From NCBI GenBank assembly GCA_000004695.1, contig CM000153.2:2880001-2944000 (forward strand): a stretch of 64,000 nucleotides of DNA. Direction: 5' to 3'. This stretch comes from Dictyostelium discoideum. Lineage: Eukaryota. The translations under genes and the position numbers were made by a program. The stretch's first letter is position 1; every line of letters begins with the position of its first letter. This document shows, one piece after another, positions 31,640 through 42,880 of the stretch. The notes beneath the pieces were generated by a model. The model had not been told where the DNA came from, did not search any database, and worked only from the letters and a program-made list of their open reading frames with translations.

Positions 31640-31895
31640 CTTACTTTAAAAGAATGTCTAAAAAAGAACCCTGGTCAGATAATTTCTCAAGAAATGATCT
31701 TGGTTCAGAATAACTGATTGGTAAAGACATTTTATAAAATGGTTGTTTTGAAGCAAATTGTTTAAGAAAACCAGAATTTTTCTTTTTATCTTCGCCATCA
31801 CAACCATCATTATTTATATCTAAATCATCTTCCATAATTTCTTCTTCAACCTCTTCTTCATATCCTATATTAGACTCATCTGAAATATCTGTCAT
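30487..31895 (-). CDS. Oxysterol-binding protein (short OSBP/ORP). join(complement(31645..31895),complement(30487..31408)), ~390 aa.
   Basis: OSBP fingerprint EQISHHPP. KSPFNPVIGETYQC. Exon 1 …SEPRSFLEKLSDQGSFLDILLK. Donor aa|GTAAGT (phase 2), acceptor tttaaAG at 31409; frame verified. Confidence 0.8.
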
Positions 31896-32744
31896 TTTTT
31901 TAATTTATTTATTTATTTATTATTTATTTTTTTAATTAAAATTTTTTTTTATTGTTTAAATTTTACTAAAATAATTTTGATATTTTTTATTATTTAAATT
32001 ATTAATATTATTATTAATATTGTTATTTTAAATTATTTTTTATTTGAAAAAAAAAAAAAAAAAAAAATCGCAATGGTTTTATTATTATAATAACAAAAAG
32101 AAAACAATATTTTTTATAATGGAAAATTTGTAGTAGTACAAAAAAAAAAAAAAAAAAAATTTATTGGTATTACAAAATTGTGTTGTTGATATTAAAATTG
32201 TTCGGTAATAGAATGATGCAATAAAAAAAAAAAAAAAAGAATCCTAGAATATAAAGGCCAAAATTAAAATAAAAAAAAATAAAAATTAAAATAAAATTAA
32301 ATTAAAAAAAAAAAACAATTAAATTTCATTTTTTTTTTTTTTCCAATGTCAACATGTCGCGATTTTTTTCTAACTGAAAAAACCAATCGACTTGGTTAGG
32401 TTATCAAAGCCAATTAGGATAAATTTTTTTTAAAAAAATAAAAAAAAAAAAAAAAAAAATTAATAAAAAAAAAAAAAAAAATTAAAATAAACAAAAAACA
32501 AGTTTTTTTTTTTAAACTTAAAAAAAAACCGTAAAAATAACAATGCAACAATGATTAGATTTTTTTTTTATTTTTAGATATTTTTAAATTTTTTTTTTTT
32601 TTTTAAATAAATATGTAAATAAAGCTAAGCTTAGTTTTTTTTATTTTAAGTGTTAAATATTTTATTTTATTTTATTTTTTTTTTTTTTTATTCTAAAAAT
32701 AGATTTTTATTTTAATTTATTTGAGTTTAATTTTTAATTTAATG

Positions 32745-32935
32745 AACGGAGTGCGCTTGTTCTTCTTACTCGTGCTGTCTGAGTATGAAATCAATGGATT
32801 CGTACAGCTGTACTCTTTCAGTGGTGTATCTTTTGTTGGTAAATACATGACTAGTATATGACTTCCAAAGGTGGAGTTTGATGATAGTTATTATACAACC
32901 AAGTATAATAAACTGGAGGTTAATCATTAAGTGTG
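32745..32935. ncRNA. Candidate novel small non-coding RNA or repeat. GC-rich (~40% GC) ORF-free island ending in a T-run. Strand unknown.
   Basis: GGAGTGCGCTTGTTCTTCTTACTCGTGCTGTCTGAGT…GGATTCGTACAGCTGTAC…GGAGTTTGATGATAG…, followed by TTTTTTTTTT. No coding potential, no DUSE nearby. Shares the 10-mer GGATTCGTAC with the U3 3' region. Confidence 0.25.
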
Positions 32936-32969
32936 ATTTTTTTTTTTAAAAAAAATTTTTAATTTTTTT

Positions 32970-33000
<31 letters not shown>

Positions 33001-33005
33001 TAAAT

Positions 33006-34361
33006 TTAAAATGGTTCAATTGATAATAATTTTTTACCTAAATCCGATAAATGAGGTGGTGAATAGTTAACGGTTTCTAAATTTGAAAATTTTTTAGCAA
33101 CATAACTTGGATGTTTTCCAGTTTGATACCAAATTTTTTGAGCCTCTGCGTATTGAATATTTATAGGTACCATTGGTAAATGAGCGGCATAAACCACCTC
33201 TCTAATTGATGGACCGATATGAATTGTATCATTACAATGTGGCATTCTCCAATCCCAAAATAAAACATCACCTCTTTCAATTGGAATATACTTTAATTGA
33301 TCAATTATATCTAAATGTTGACCATCTTGAAAATCATATGCATTACCTCTTTTTAAAATTTCTGTTGGTATTGGTGTTGGTATTTGATGGTCAGATGATG
33401 ATGATGATTGTTGTTGTTGCTGTAATTGAGATTTATGTTGATTAAAATATTTTACACATTTCTTATGAAATTTAGGTATTGTCCAAAAACCACCTTGACC
33501 AGGTTTTGGTGTATCAGTGCAACTAATGAATGCTTGAATTGGTTGCCAAAATCTTAAAGGAATATGTTCAATTTGTTTATCTTTATTTAAATGTTCACCT
33601 CTAAATAAATGAAATGGGTTACAATCTAAATGTAAACCTGTACCTTTTTGAAGTTTAATTTGTTGTTCTATAACTTTATTATTATTATTACTATTACAAT
33701 TACTATTACCATTACCATTACTATCTTCAATGATTGTTGGTATTCTAAAACCACATCTATTTACAAACATAAACATATGTTGTGGATCAAATTCACCATA
33801 TTCATTTGGCCATTCATTTTCATCGTTATAGGATAGATCTAAATCATCTTTGGTGATTGGTGTTGTTGAATAAGTTGATTGGAATAGTTGAACAAAACTA
33901 TCGTATAGATTTTTATCTTCTCTAATTTTATATTCATATTTACCATGATAAAAATTAACCATACCTCCGAATCCATTTGAAACATTTCCCATCTTTAACT
34001 CTTGTTTCCATAATAATTCAGACTCTTGAATTGAACCAATTGTTGTATTACCAAAATCAATGGATGCATTATTCTTTAAATATTCTCTAACTTCAATTTG
34101 ATGATTAGTTAATAATCTATCATCAATTAATTTGCTTTTAACTACAACATATCCATTTTCATTGAAATGTTCTATTTCTTCTTTTGTCAATGGTCCTTTA
34201 TATACAGGTTTCATCATACTATTATCTTGAAATTCCATTGTCGATGTTGGTACTATATTAAATGGTTTACTTAATGTTGTCATTGTTGATAAACCTAAAT
34301 TATTATTATTATTGTAACCACCATTAAATAATTTTTTTGTAATATTTTTAATTTTTAACAT
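33006..34361 (-). CDS. PhyH-like (phytanoyl-CoA dioxygenase superfamily / DUF1479-like) Fe(II)/2OG oxygenase, 451 aa.
   Basis: N-terminal LTKEEIEHFNENGYVVVKSKL is typical of PhyH. HLDCNPFH (HxD). Downstream His in TIHIGPS. Poly-Q/S insert. Confidence 0.5.
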   Translation of the reverse strand: MLKIKNITKKLFNGGYNNNNNLGLSTMTTLSKPFNIVPTSTMEFQDNSMMKPVYKGPLTKEEIEHFNENGYVVVKSKLIDDRLLTNHQIEVREYLKNNASIDFGNTTIGSIQESELLWKQELKMGNVSNGFGGMVNFYHGKYEYKIREDKNLYDSFVQLFQSTYSTTPITKDDLDLSYNDENEWPNEYGEFDPQHMFMFVNRCGFRIPTIIEDSNGNGNSNCNSNNNNKVIEQQIKLQKGTGLHLDCNPFHLFRGEHLNKDKQIEHIPLRFWQPIQAFISCTDTPKPGQGGFWTIPKFHKKCVKYFNQHKSQLQQQQQSSSSSDHQIPTPIPTEILKRGNAYDFQDGQHLDIIDQLKYIPIERGDVLFWDWRMPHCNDTIHIGPSIREVVYAAHLPMVPINIQYAEAQKIWYQTGKHPSYVAKKFSNLETVNYSPPHLSDLGKKLLSIEPF

Positions 34362-34770
34362 TATATATAGATATCATTTGTAAATTAAAAATTATAATAT
34401 TAATATTAGTAATGAAACAATAAAAAATAAATGAAAATATAAAAATTTTTTTTTTTTTTTTTTCTTTTTTTTTTTTGTCTCATTATTAAAATAAAAAAAA
34501 AATTAAATTTTAAAAAAAAAAAAATCTTTTTGAACAAATAGTTTGTTTTAAACTTCTGAAGGAAAATCTTTATTTGATGTTTATGGTGAAAAAATTACGC
34601 ACTTAAGCCAAAATTAAAATAAAAAAAAATTAAAAAAAATAAAAAAAAATTAAAAAATAAAAATAAAATCTTTATTTGGTGTTTATGAAAAAAAAAATTA
34701 AAAAAAATAAAATTAAAATAGTAATAATAATTAAATTGTTTTATTATATATTAATTTTGAAATTATATGT

Positions 34771-34973
34771 TTCAATGTGTATTTGATGGGTTTTTTTATA
34801 TTTAATGATGGAATATAGGCTTGAGTGAATAGTATCAGACTCTTATTAGGGAAAAGTCAGATGTGGAAACTGCCTAGGTTTTTTCTCTGCAAACGAAATC
34901 TAAACTCACTAAAGATGGAATCCCTAATGAATCGGATTGAAATCCGAATGCAAGATCTTTTCATAACTTTTAA
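34771..34973 (+). repeat. ~200-bp GC-richer element, copy 1 of 2 near-identical direct copies (candidate ncRNA gene or small TE terminal repeat).
   Basis: Identical to 35388..35592 apart from a few indels. Contains GGGAAAAGTCAGATG (eukaryotic RNase P/MRP CR-I-like) and a terminal hairpin TCGGATT-GAA-ATCCGA followed by a T-tract. Confidence 0.4.
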
Positions 34974-35334
34974 AATTCAATTCAATTACACTTAAATTAT
35001 AGTTACATATAGTGGATATGTTATGGGAATAAAAAAAAAAAATGAAAATTTTTTTTTTTTATTTTTTTTTCGTTTTTTTTTTCGTTTTTTTTTTTTTCAA
35101 AATTAATAATAAATTAAGGGGGTCACATAGAAAATAAAAAAATAAAAAAGATGACAAACCCACCATCACACTGCATAAAATTACTTTTCACTTTAATGCT
35201 GAAATTATTACATCCAACCCTTATGATAGTGTAATAGTATTTTAAAGTTTGGAAAAACAGTGAAGGTTATGAATTTTATTTACAGTTTTTAAAATATTTT
35301 ATAATTTTTTTTTTTTTTTAAATTTAATAAAGAA

Positions 35335-35592
35335 ATATTGGCCGTAGTGAATAGTACCTGACTCTTATAAGAGAAAAACCATATGTTTTCAATGTGTATT
35401 TGATGGGTTTTTTTTTATATTTAATGATGGAATATAGGCTTGAGTGAATAGTATCAGACTCTTATTAGGGAAAAGTCAGATGTGGAAACTGCCTAGGTTT
35501 TTTCTCTGCAAACGAAATCTAAACTCACTAAAGATGGAATCCCTAATGAATCGGATTGAAATCCGAATGCAAGATCTTTTCATAACTTTAAA
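35335..35592 (+). repeat. Copy 2 of the ~200-bp element (35388..35592), preceded by a 50-bp partial third copy (35335..35385).
   Basis: See copy 1. The partial copy …GGCCGTAGTGAATAGTACCTGACTCTTATAAGAG matches the internal segment GGCTTGAGTGAATAGTATCAGACTCTTATTAGGG. Confidence 0.4.
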
Positions 35593-35676
35593 AAATAATT
35601 TCAACTTTTGCTAAACTAATGTTTTGTCCAAACACTTGTTATGGGTTTTACAAAACTTTTCATTTTTTCATTTTTC

Positions 35677-35744
<68 letters not shown>

Positions 35745-35966
35745 CACCCACTTTTTTTTTGTTTTATTTTATTTTTTAAAGAGGTATAAAAAAAAGAGAC
35801 AGGGGTTGATTTTAAAAATTATAAAAAAAAAGACCTTGTAATTTGTGTTTTTTTATAATTAAATTTAATATTTTCAAAATATCTTAATGTTTGGATATTT
35901 TTTTTTTTTTTTTTATTTTTTTTTTATTTTTTTTATTTTTTTTTTTTTATTTTTTTTTTTTTTTTT

Positions 35967-37295
35967 GTGAATAAGCAATTTGTTTATAAAATGAGTGATA
36001 TATTTATTGGTGTAATGTCAGGTACATCATTGGATGGTATTGATGTTGTAATTGTTGAATTTAATGATAATGATGATGATATAAAAAGAATAAATGTTAA
36101 ACAAAGTTATTCACATCCAATGCCAATTAATATAAAGAATGATATATTATCAATGTGTCAAGGTCAAAAAACTACATTATCAGAAGTTGGTAATTTAAAT
36201 AGAAGATTAGGTATAGTTTATTCAGAAGCAATAAATGAAGCAATAAAGTTATCATCAATTGATCCAAATTCAATTTCAGCAATTGGATGTCATGGTCAAA
36301 CTGTTTGGCATCAACCACCAACCAGAAAACATGGTGATGATGGTGATAATGATGATAATGATGATGATAATGATGGATTTACAATTCAATTAGGTGATTG
36401 TAATAGAATTGCAACATTAACTGGTATAACTACAATTGGTGATTTTAGAAATAGAGATATTTCATATGGTGGACAAGGTGCACCATTAACACCATCATTT
36501 CATAAATATTCATTATCAAGTTTCAATGAAAATAGAATCATTTTAAATATTGGTGGAATTTCTAATATAACTTTATTACCATCATTATCATCATCATCAT
36601 CATCATCAAATAATATTCAAGTTACAGGATTTGATACAGGAGCAGGTAATATTTTATTAGATAGTTGGATTCAATTAAAAAAGGATGGTACACCATATGA
36701 TAAAGATGGTGAATGGGCAAATCAAGGAAATGTAAATGAAAAACTTTTAAAATCATTATATGATCATAGTGATTCATTTTTAAATAAATTACCACCAAAA
36801 TCAACTGGTCGTGAATTGTTTAATATTCAATGGTTATTAAATGTAATTGAATCAATTAAAAATGATGATGATGATAATGATAATGATAATATTATTATAA
36901 AAGATGAAGATGTTCAAGCAACACTATTAGAATTTACATGTAAAACAATAGTTGATGAAATTAAAAAAATTAAAATTTGTAAAATTGATAGAGTTTTAGT
37001 TTGTGGAGGTGGTAGTAAAAATAAATTATTAATGGATAAACTTTCTAGATTATTAAAAAAAGATGAAAATGAAAATGGATGTGGTGGTAGTGTTAGTAGC
37101 GGTAGTAGTGGTAGTTGTAAACTTTCAATAACTGATGAATTTGGTATCAGTAGTCAAGATATGGAGGCAATTGCATTTGCATGGTTTGCAAAAAGAACTT
37201 TAAATAATCAACCTTCAAATTTAATAAGTGTGACTGGTGCTTCAAAAGAAACAATCTTGGGTGCAATTTATTTAAAAAATAATTTTAATAATTGA
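35967..37295 (+). CDS. anmK: Anhydro-N-acetylmuramic acid kinase (AnmK) homolog, bacterial type. Real start probably the ATG at 35991. Single exon, ~434 aa.
   Basis: Collinear with bacterial AnmK along its whole length: GVMSGTSLDGIDVV, AIGCHGQTVWH, GITTIGDFRNRDIS.GGQGAPL, NIGGISN, GFDTG.GN, PPKSTGRELFN, VCGGGSKN, DMEAIAFAWFA, SVTGAS. Interrupted by poly-D/N and poly-S low-complexity inserts typical of this genome. Confidence 0.85.
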   Translation: MNKQFVYKMSDIFIGVMSGTSLDGIDVVIVEFNDNDDDIKRINVKQSYSHPMPINIKNDILSMCQGQKTTLSEVGNLNRRLGIVYSEAINEAIKLSSIDPNSISAIGCHGQTVWHQPPTRKHGDDGDNDDNDDDNDGFTIQLGDCNRIATLTGITTIGDFRNRDISYGGQGAPLTPSFHKYSLSSFNENRIILNIGGISNITLLPSLSSSSSSSNNIQVTGFDTGAGNILLDSWIQLKKDGTPYDKDGEWANQGNVNEKLLKSLYDHSDSFLNKLPPKSTGRELFNIQWLLNVIESIKNDDDDNDNDNIIIKDEDVQATLLEFTCKTIVDEIKKIKICKIDRVLVCGGGSKNKLLMDKLSRLLKKDENENGCGGSVSSGSSGSCKLSITDEFGISSQDMEAIAFAWFAKRTLNNQPSNLISVTGASKETILGAIYLKNNFNN

Positions 37296-38160
37296 TTAAA
37301 AAAAAGAAAAAAAAAAAATAATGAAAAAAAAAAAAAAAAAAAGGAAAAGGTTGTGGTGTAAAATTTGTAAATTGTTTAAGTGTTCGATAAAAATAATAAA
37401 AAATAAAAAATTAAAAAATCAAGTAGGGTGTGTGTGTTGTTGTTGTTAATGATCAATCAAATTGAATTTAATTTCGATGGGTGAGTAAACACACACCAAA
37501 AATGTGGGTGAAAGTGTGGAATATTCATAATTTTTAAAAAACTAAGATCATAAACAAAATAAATAAATAAAAAAATAATTAAAAAAAAAAAAAAAAAAAA
37601 AATTATAAAAATGATTGGTTTACTAAGGTATTAAGAATTAAATATCAACATAAATTGTGCTAAAAATAGAATTTCAAAAAAAAAAAAAAAAAAAAAAATG
37701 GTTGTTGAAAATTTTCCATTTACACACACACAAAAAGAAATGATGATTTTTATTTTATTTTTTTTTTAAATTGATTAAGATTTTTTTTTTATTATATACA
37801 TATACATATTTAAAAAATTTTAATTTAAAAAAATAAATTAAAAAATAAAAAGATGATTTTAATAATTGATTTATAAAAAAAAAAAAAAAAATAATAATAA
37901 TAATAATAATAATATAAAATTTTAATTATTATAATGATTAAAAAATAAAAAGAATAAAAAAAAATCAATTTTACTACAATAAAATTCATTTTAATATAGA
38001 GTGAAATAAAAAGCATCGATTCATAATCTAGTGATAATACCATTGGTACAAACTAAGAATTTTATTTTTAAATAATCTCAAAAAGTGAGATTAAAAATCA
38101 CCGAACTTGAGATTAAAAAAATATTTATTTTCCTTTTTATTTTGATTTTACTAATAATTT

Positions 38161-38262
38161 ATTATATTAAATCAACAATAACAACAACAACACAACCACA
38201 ACCACAATAACAAAAACAACAACAACCACAACCACAATAACAAAAAATCACTTCCCCAATAA
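38161..38262 (+). repeat. Tandem duplication (2 × ~42 bp) of CAACAACAACCACAACCACAATAACAAAAA.
   Basis: Read directly; intergenic. Confidence 0.6.
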
Positions 38263-38326
38263 TCAACACACTCAAAAAACTTTACACCCTTCTCTACCCA
38301 CTATTACCATTTGGGTGTTTTTATTA

Positions 38327-38361
<35 letters not shown>

Positions 38362-38762
38362 ATAATAGTAGTATAATATAATATATAGTACACAGTGGTG
38401 CTTTTTTGTGGTGATGTGGTTGTACCAACACTATCAAAACTTTTTTATATGTGTGTGTTAAAATAAAAAATAATAATAATAATAATAATAATAAGTAATA
38501 ATAATAATAATAATTAAATTAAAATTTTTTTTTTTTATTTTTAATTATATTTATTTTTAATTTTTGATTTATTATTTTTAATAAAAATTTACAAATAAAA
38601 AAATAATTATAAATACATTTTTTAAATATTTTTTTTGTAATTGACATATTTAAATCTTTATTAAATATAATCAAACACACTCCAACACACACATTTAAAA
38701 TTTTTACTTAATAAACATACATATAATTTTTAAGAGTAATTATATTTATTAAGATATATAAA

Positions 38763-38806
<44 letters not shown>

Positions 38807-39192
38807 TACCAATAACAACAATAATAACATTTAATAACAAATCTACTCTACATATACTTTTTTTAACTCTCTTTACTACAAATAATTAATATATAATAAA
38901 TTTAATTTTAAAAATTTAAATATATATATTATTATCAAAAATTTTATTTATTTAATTATTTAAAATTAAAATTAATTAATTTTTAATTTAATAATTTTTT
39001 TTTTTTTTCCTTAAAAATAAAAAAAAAAATTTTTTTTTCTTTTCCTTTTTTTTTAATCCATTAAAATTTAATACCCACAATTTAAAAAAAAAAAAATATA
39101 TAATTTCAAAATATACGCAAATATAGGCTAAAAAAACAAAAATAATTTTTTAATTTTTATTTAAAAAAAAAACCTTATTCCTATTTTTTGGT

Positions 39193-39292
39193 NNNNNNNN
39201 NNNNNNNNNNNNNNNNNNNNNNNNNNNNNNNNNNNNNNNNNNNNNNNNNNNNNNNNNNNNNNNNNNNNNNNNNNNNNNNNNNNNNNNNNNNN
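39193..39292. other. Assembly gap (100 N).
   Basis: Run of N characters. Confidence 1.
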
Positions 39293-39304
39293 AAAAAATA
39301 TATA

Positions 39305-39342
<38 letters not shown>

Positions 39343-39388
39343 AAATAATTATAATAATAATAATAATAATATAATATATAAATAAAAA

Positions 39389-40363
<975 letters not shown>

Positions 40364-40712
40364 TCTATTTAATAATTTAATATAATAATAAATATTTAAA
40401 ACTGGTAGCGAAATAAATAAAAGATAAAAATATATTTTTTAATCTATCTTTTAAAAGAAAAACTTGTTTACTTTTTTTTTTTATTTTATTTTTTTTTTTT
40501 TATTATTTTTATTTTTATTATTATTATTATTTTTATTTTTATAATTATAATTATTTTTATTATTATTATTACAGCTAGTTGAAAAATAATCAAAGATAGG
40601 TTTTTGTTTCTCTTGTAATTATTATTATATTATTATTTTTATAATTATTATTTGGATTATTTTATTTATTAATATCGTTATTTTTTGGTTTAATAATAAT
40701 TATTTATTACCC

Positions 40713-40755
<43 letters not shown>

Positions 40756-40796
40756 GTCCAAAGTTACATAAAATATATATATAATATTGAGAGAGG

Positions 40797-40837
<41 letters not shown>

Positions 40838-41849
40838 AAATAAATAAATTAATTAAATAATCAATTAATTTATTTATTTATTTATTTAATAGTTATTTCT
40901 TAATTCCAACAAAACCAATTGACTCAACTTTTTGAATTTTTTTCAATCCAACGGCTAAAAAAAAAAAAAAAATTTAAAAAAAAATAAAAAATGTGTAAAA
41001 AAATTTAAAAAAAATAAAAAATGTGTAAAAAAATTTAAAAAAAAAAAAAAAAAGTGAAGGATAAAAAAAAAAAAAAAAAAAAAAAATTATATAAAATAAA
41101 ATCAATCCCTTTTTTGGAGGTTCCCGAATAGAATATTTTAGAATGTATAACATAAATAAATAAATAAAATAAAAATAAAATAAAATAAAAAATAAAATAA
41201 AATAAATAAAAAAAATTAAAAAGAAAATAGAAAAAAAAAAAAAAAAAATTAAAAAAATAAAAAAAACCAACTCGCCACATAAAAATTTCAAATTTTTTTT
41301 TTTTTTAAATTTTTTTTTTTATAAATTTTTTTTTTTTTTTTTTTACTCATAAAAATTTTTTGTTTGTTATTCAACTAAAAAAAAAAAAAAAAAAAAAAAA
41401 TAAAAAATAAAAAAAACTTTTTTTTAAATTAAAACTACGCGCGATCTATCTCCCCACACTTTTTTCATTAAACAAGTAATTAATTGGTTTAAACCAGGAG
41501 AAAGAACAAACAAAAGTTTATTTCACTCTATTTCAATTTATTTATATATATACATATTTTTTTTTTTTTTTTGTAAATTTTCATTCATTCATTCATCCAT
41601 TCATTCAAACAAATAATAATAAATAATATTATATATGTACTAAAAAAATAAAATAAAAATAAAACAAAAACAAAAACAAAAACAAAAAAGAATCAAATTA
41701 AAGCAAACACAATCAAATTTAGAAAACTAATTTCATTCGATTTGTTTGTTTTTCATTTTTTTTTTTAAAAATTTAATTTATAAAAAAAAAAAAATAAAAA
41801 AAAAGTTCCCACTTCCATCAATTTATTTTTAAAAAAAAAAATCAAAGCA

Positions 41850-42740
41850 ATGACACCACCTAATGTCCCCGATGTTGGTAAGATTTCAATTTAACTATTT
41901 TTACATATTTTTATTTTTTTTATTTTTCTCAAAAAGAAACTAACAACTTTTTTTTTTTTTTTTTTTTTTTTCTATCTCTTTCTGTAAACACAGAAATGGG
42001 TATTGATAGAGTTAATAATGAAGATGATTCATTAAATAATATTTATAATCCATCAAAAGATCCAAATTATATAAAGTTAGTAAATGTAAGCTATTATTAT
42101 TATTATTTTTTTTTATTTTTTTATCATATAGTTTTTTATTATTTTTTATAAAGTATGTTAACAACAACAATAATTAAAAATTAATATTATATCTAGGTTT
42201 TAACTGAACTTAAATCAAATGGAATTAGTGATTCTGATCCAACATTTACTTCAATCTTACAAATTACTAAACTATATTTAATGAATAAAACTAATAGTGG
42301 TATCAATAATAATGGTGTCAATAATAATAATGGTAATAACAATAGTAATAATGATAATATAGTTGAATTATTTAAAGCACAAGTTGAATCATATAAATAT
42401 ATATCTAGAAATTTACCAATACCAGTTGGAGTTTTACAAAAGATGTCACCAATTTTAGAGAATTCACCACATGTACCATCATTTAAAGAGGAATTATTAA
42501 ATTTGAAATATTATCCAAAGGGATTAATTAAATTGGATCAAAATAATAACCCTATCACTACAAACACAATGGCATATCAACAATTGAGTTGTAACCAAAG
42601 AATGATTCAACAACAAAAAGAGAGAATACAACAAGAACAACAACAAGCACAACAACAAGAGCAAATTAGAATTTTACTACAAGAGAAACAATTAAGACAA
42701 ACTGAAACTTTAAATAATACAAATAATAATAACAATAATA

Positions 42741-42829
<89 letters not shown>

Positions 42830-42847
42830 AGCGCAAATGGTAATAAT

Positions 42848-42880
<33 letters not shown>

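Noticed and set aside
34771-35592. tRNA or 5S rRNA identity for the duplicated 200-bp element
   Set aside because: No cloverleaf, no T-loop GTTCGAATC, no CCA context, and no 5S box A/C. Kept instead as an unknown ncRNA/TE candidate.
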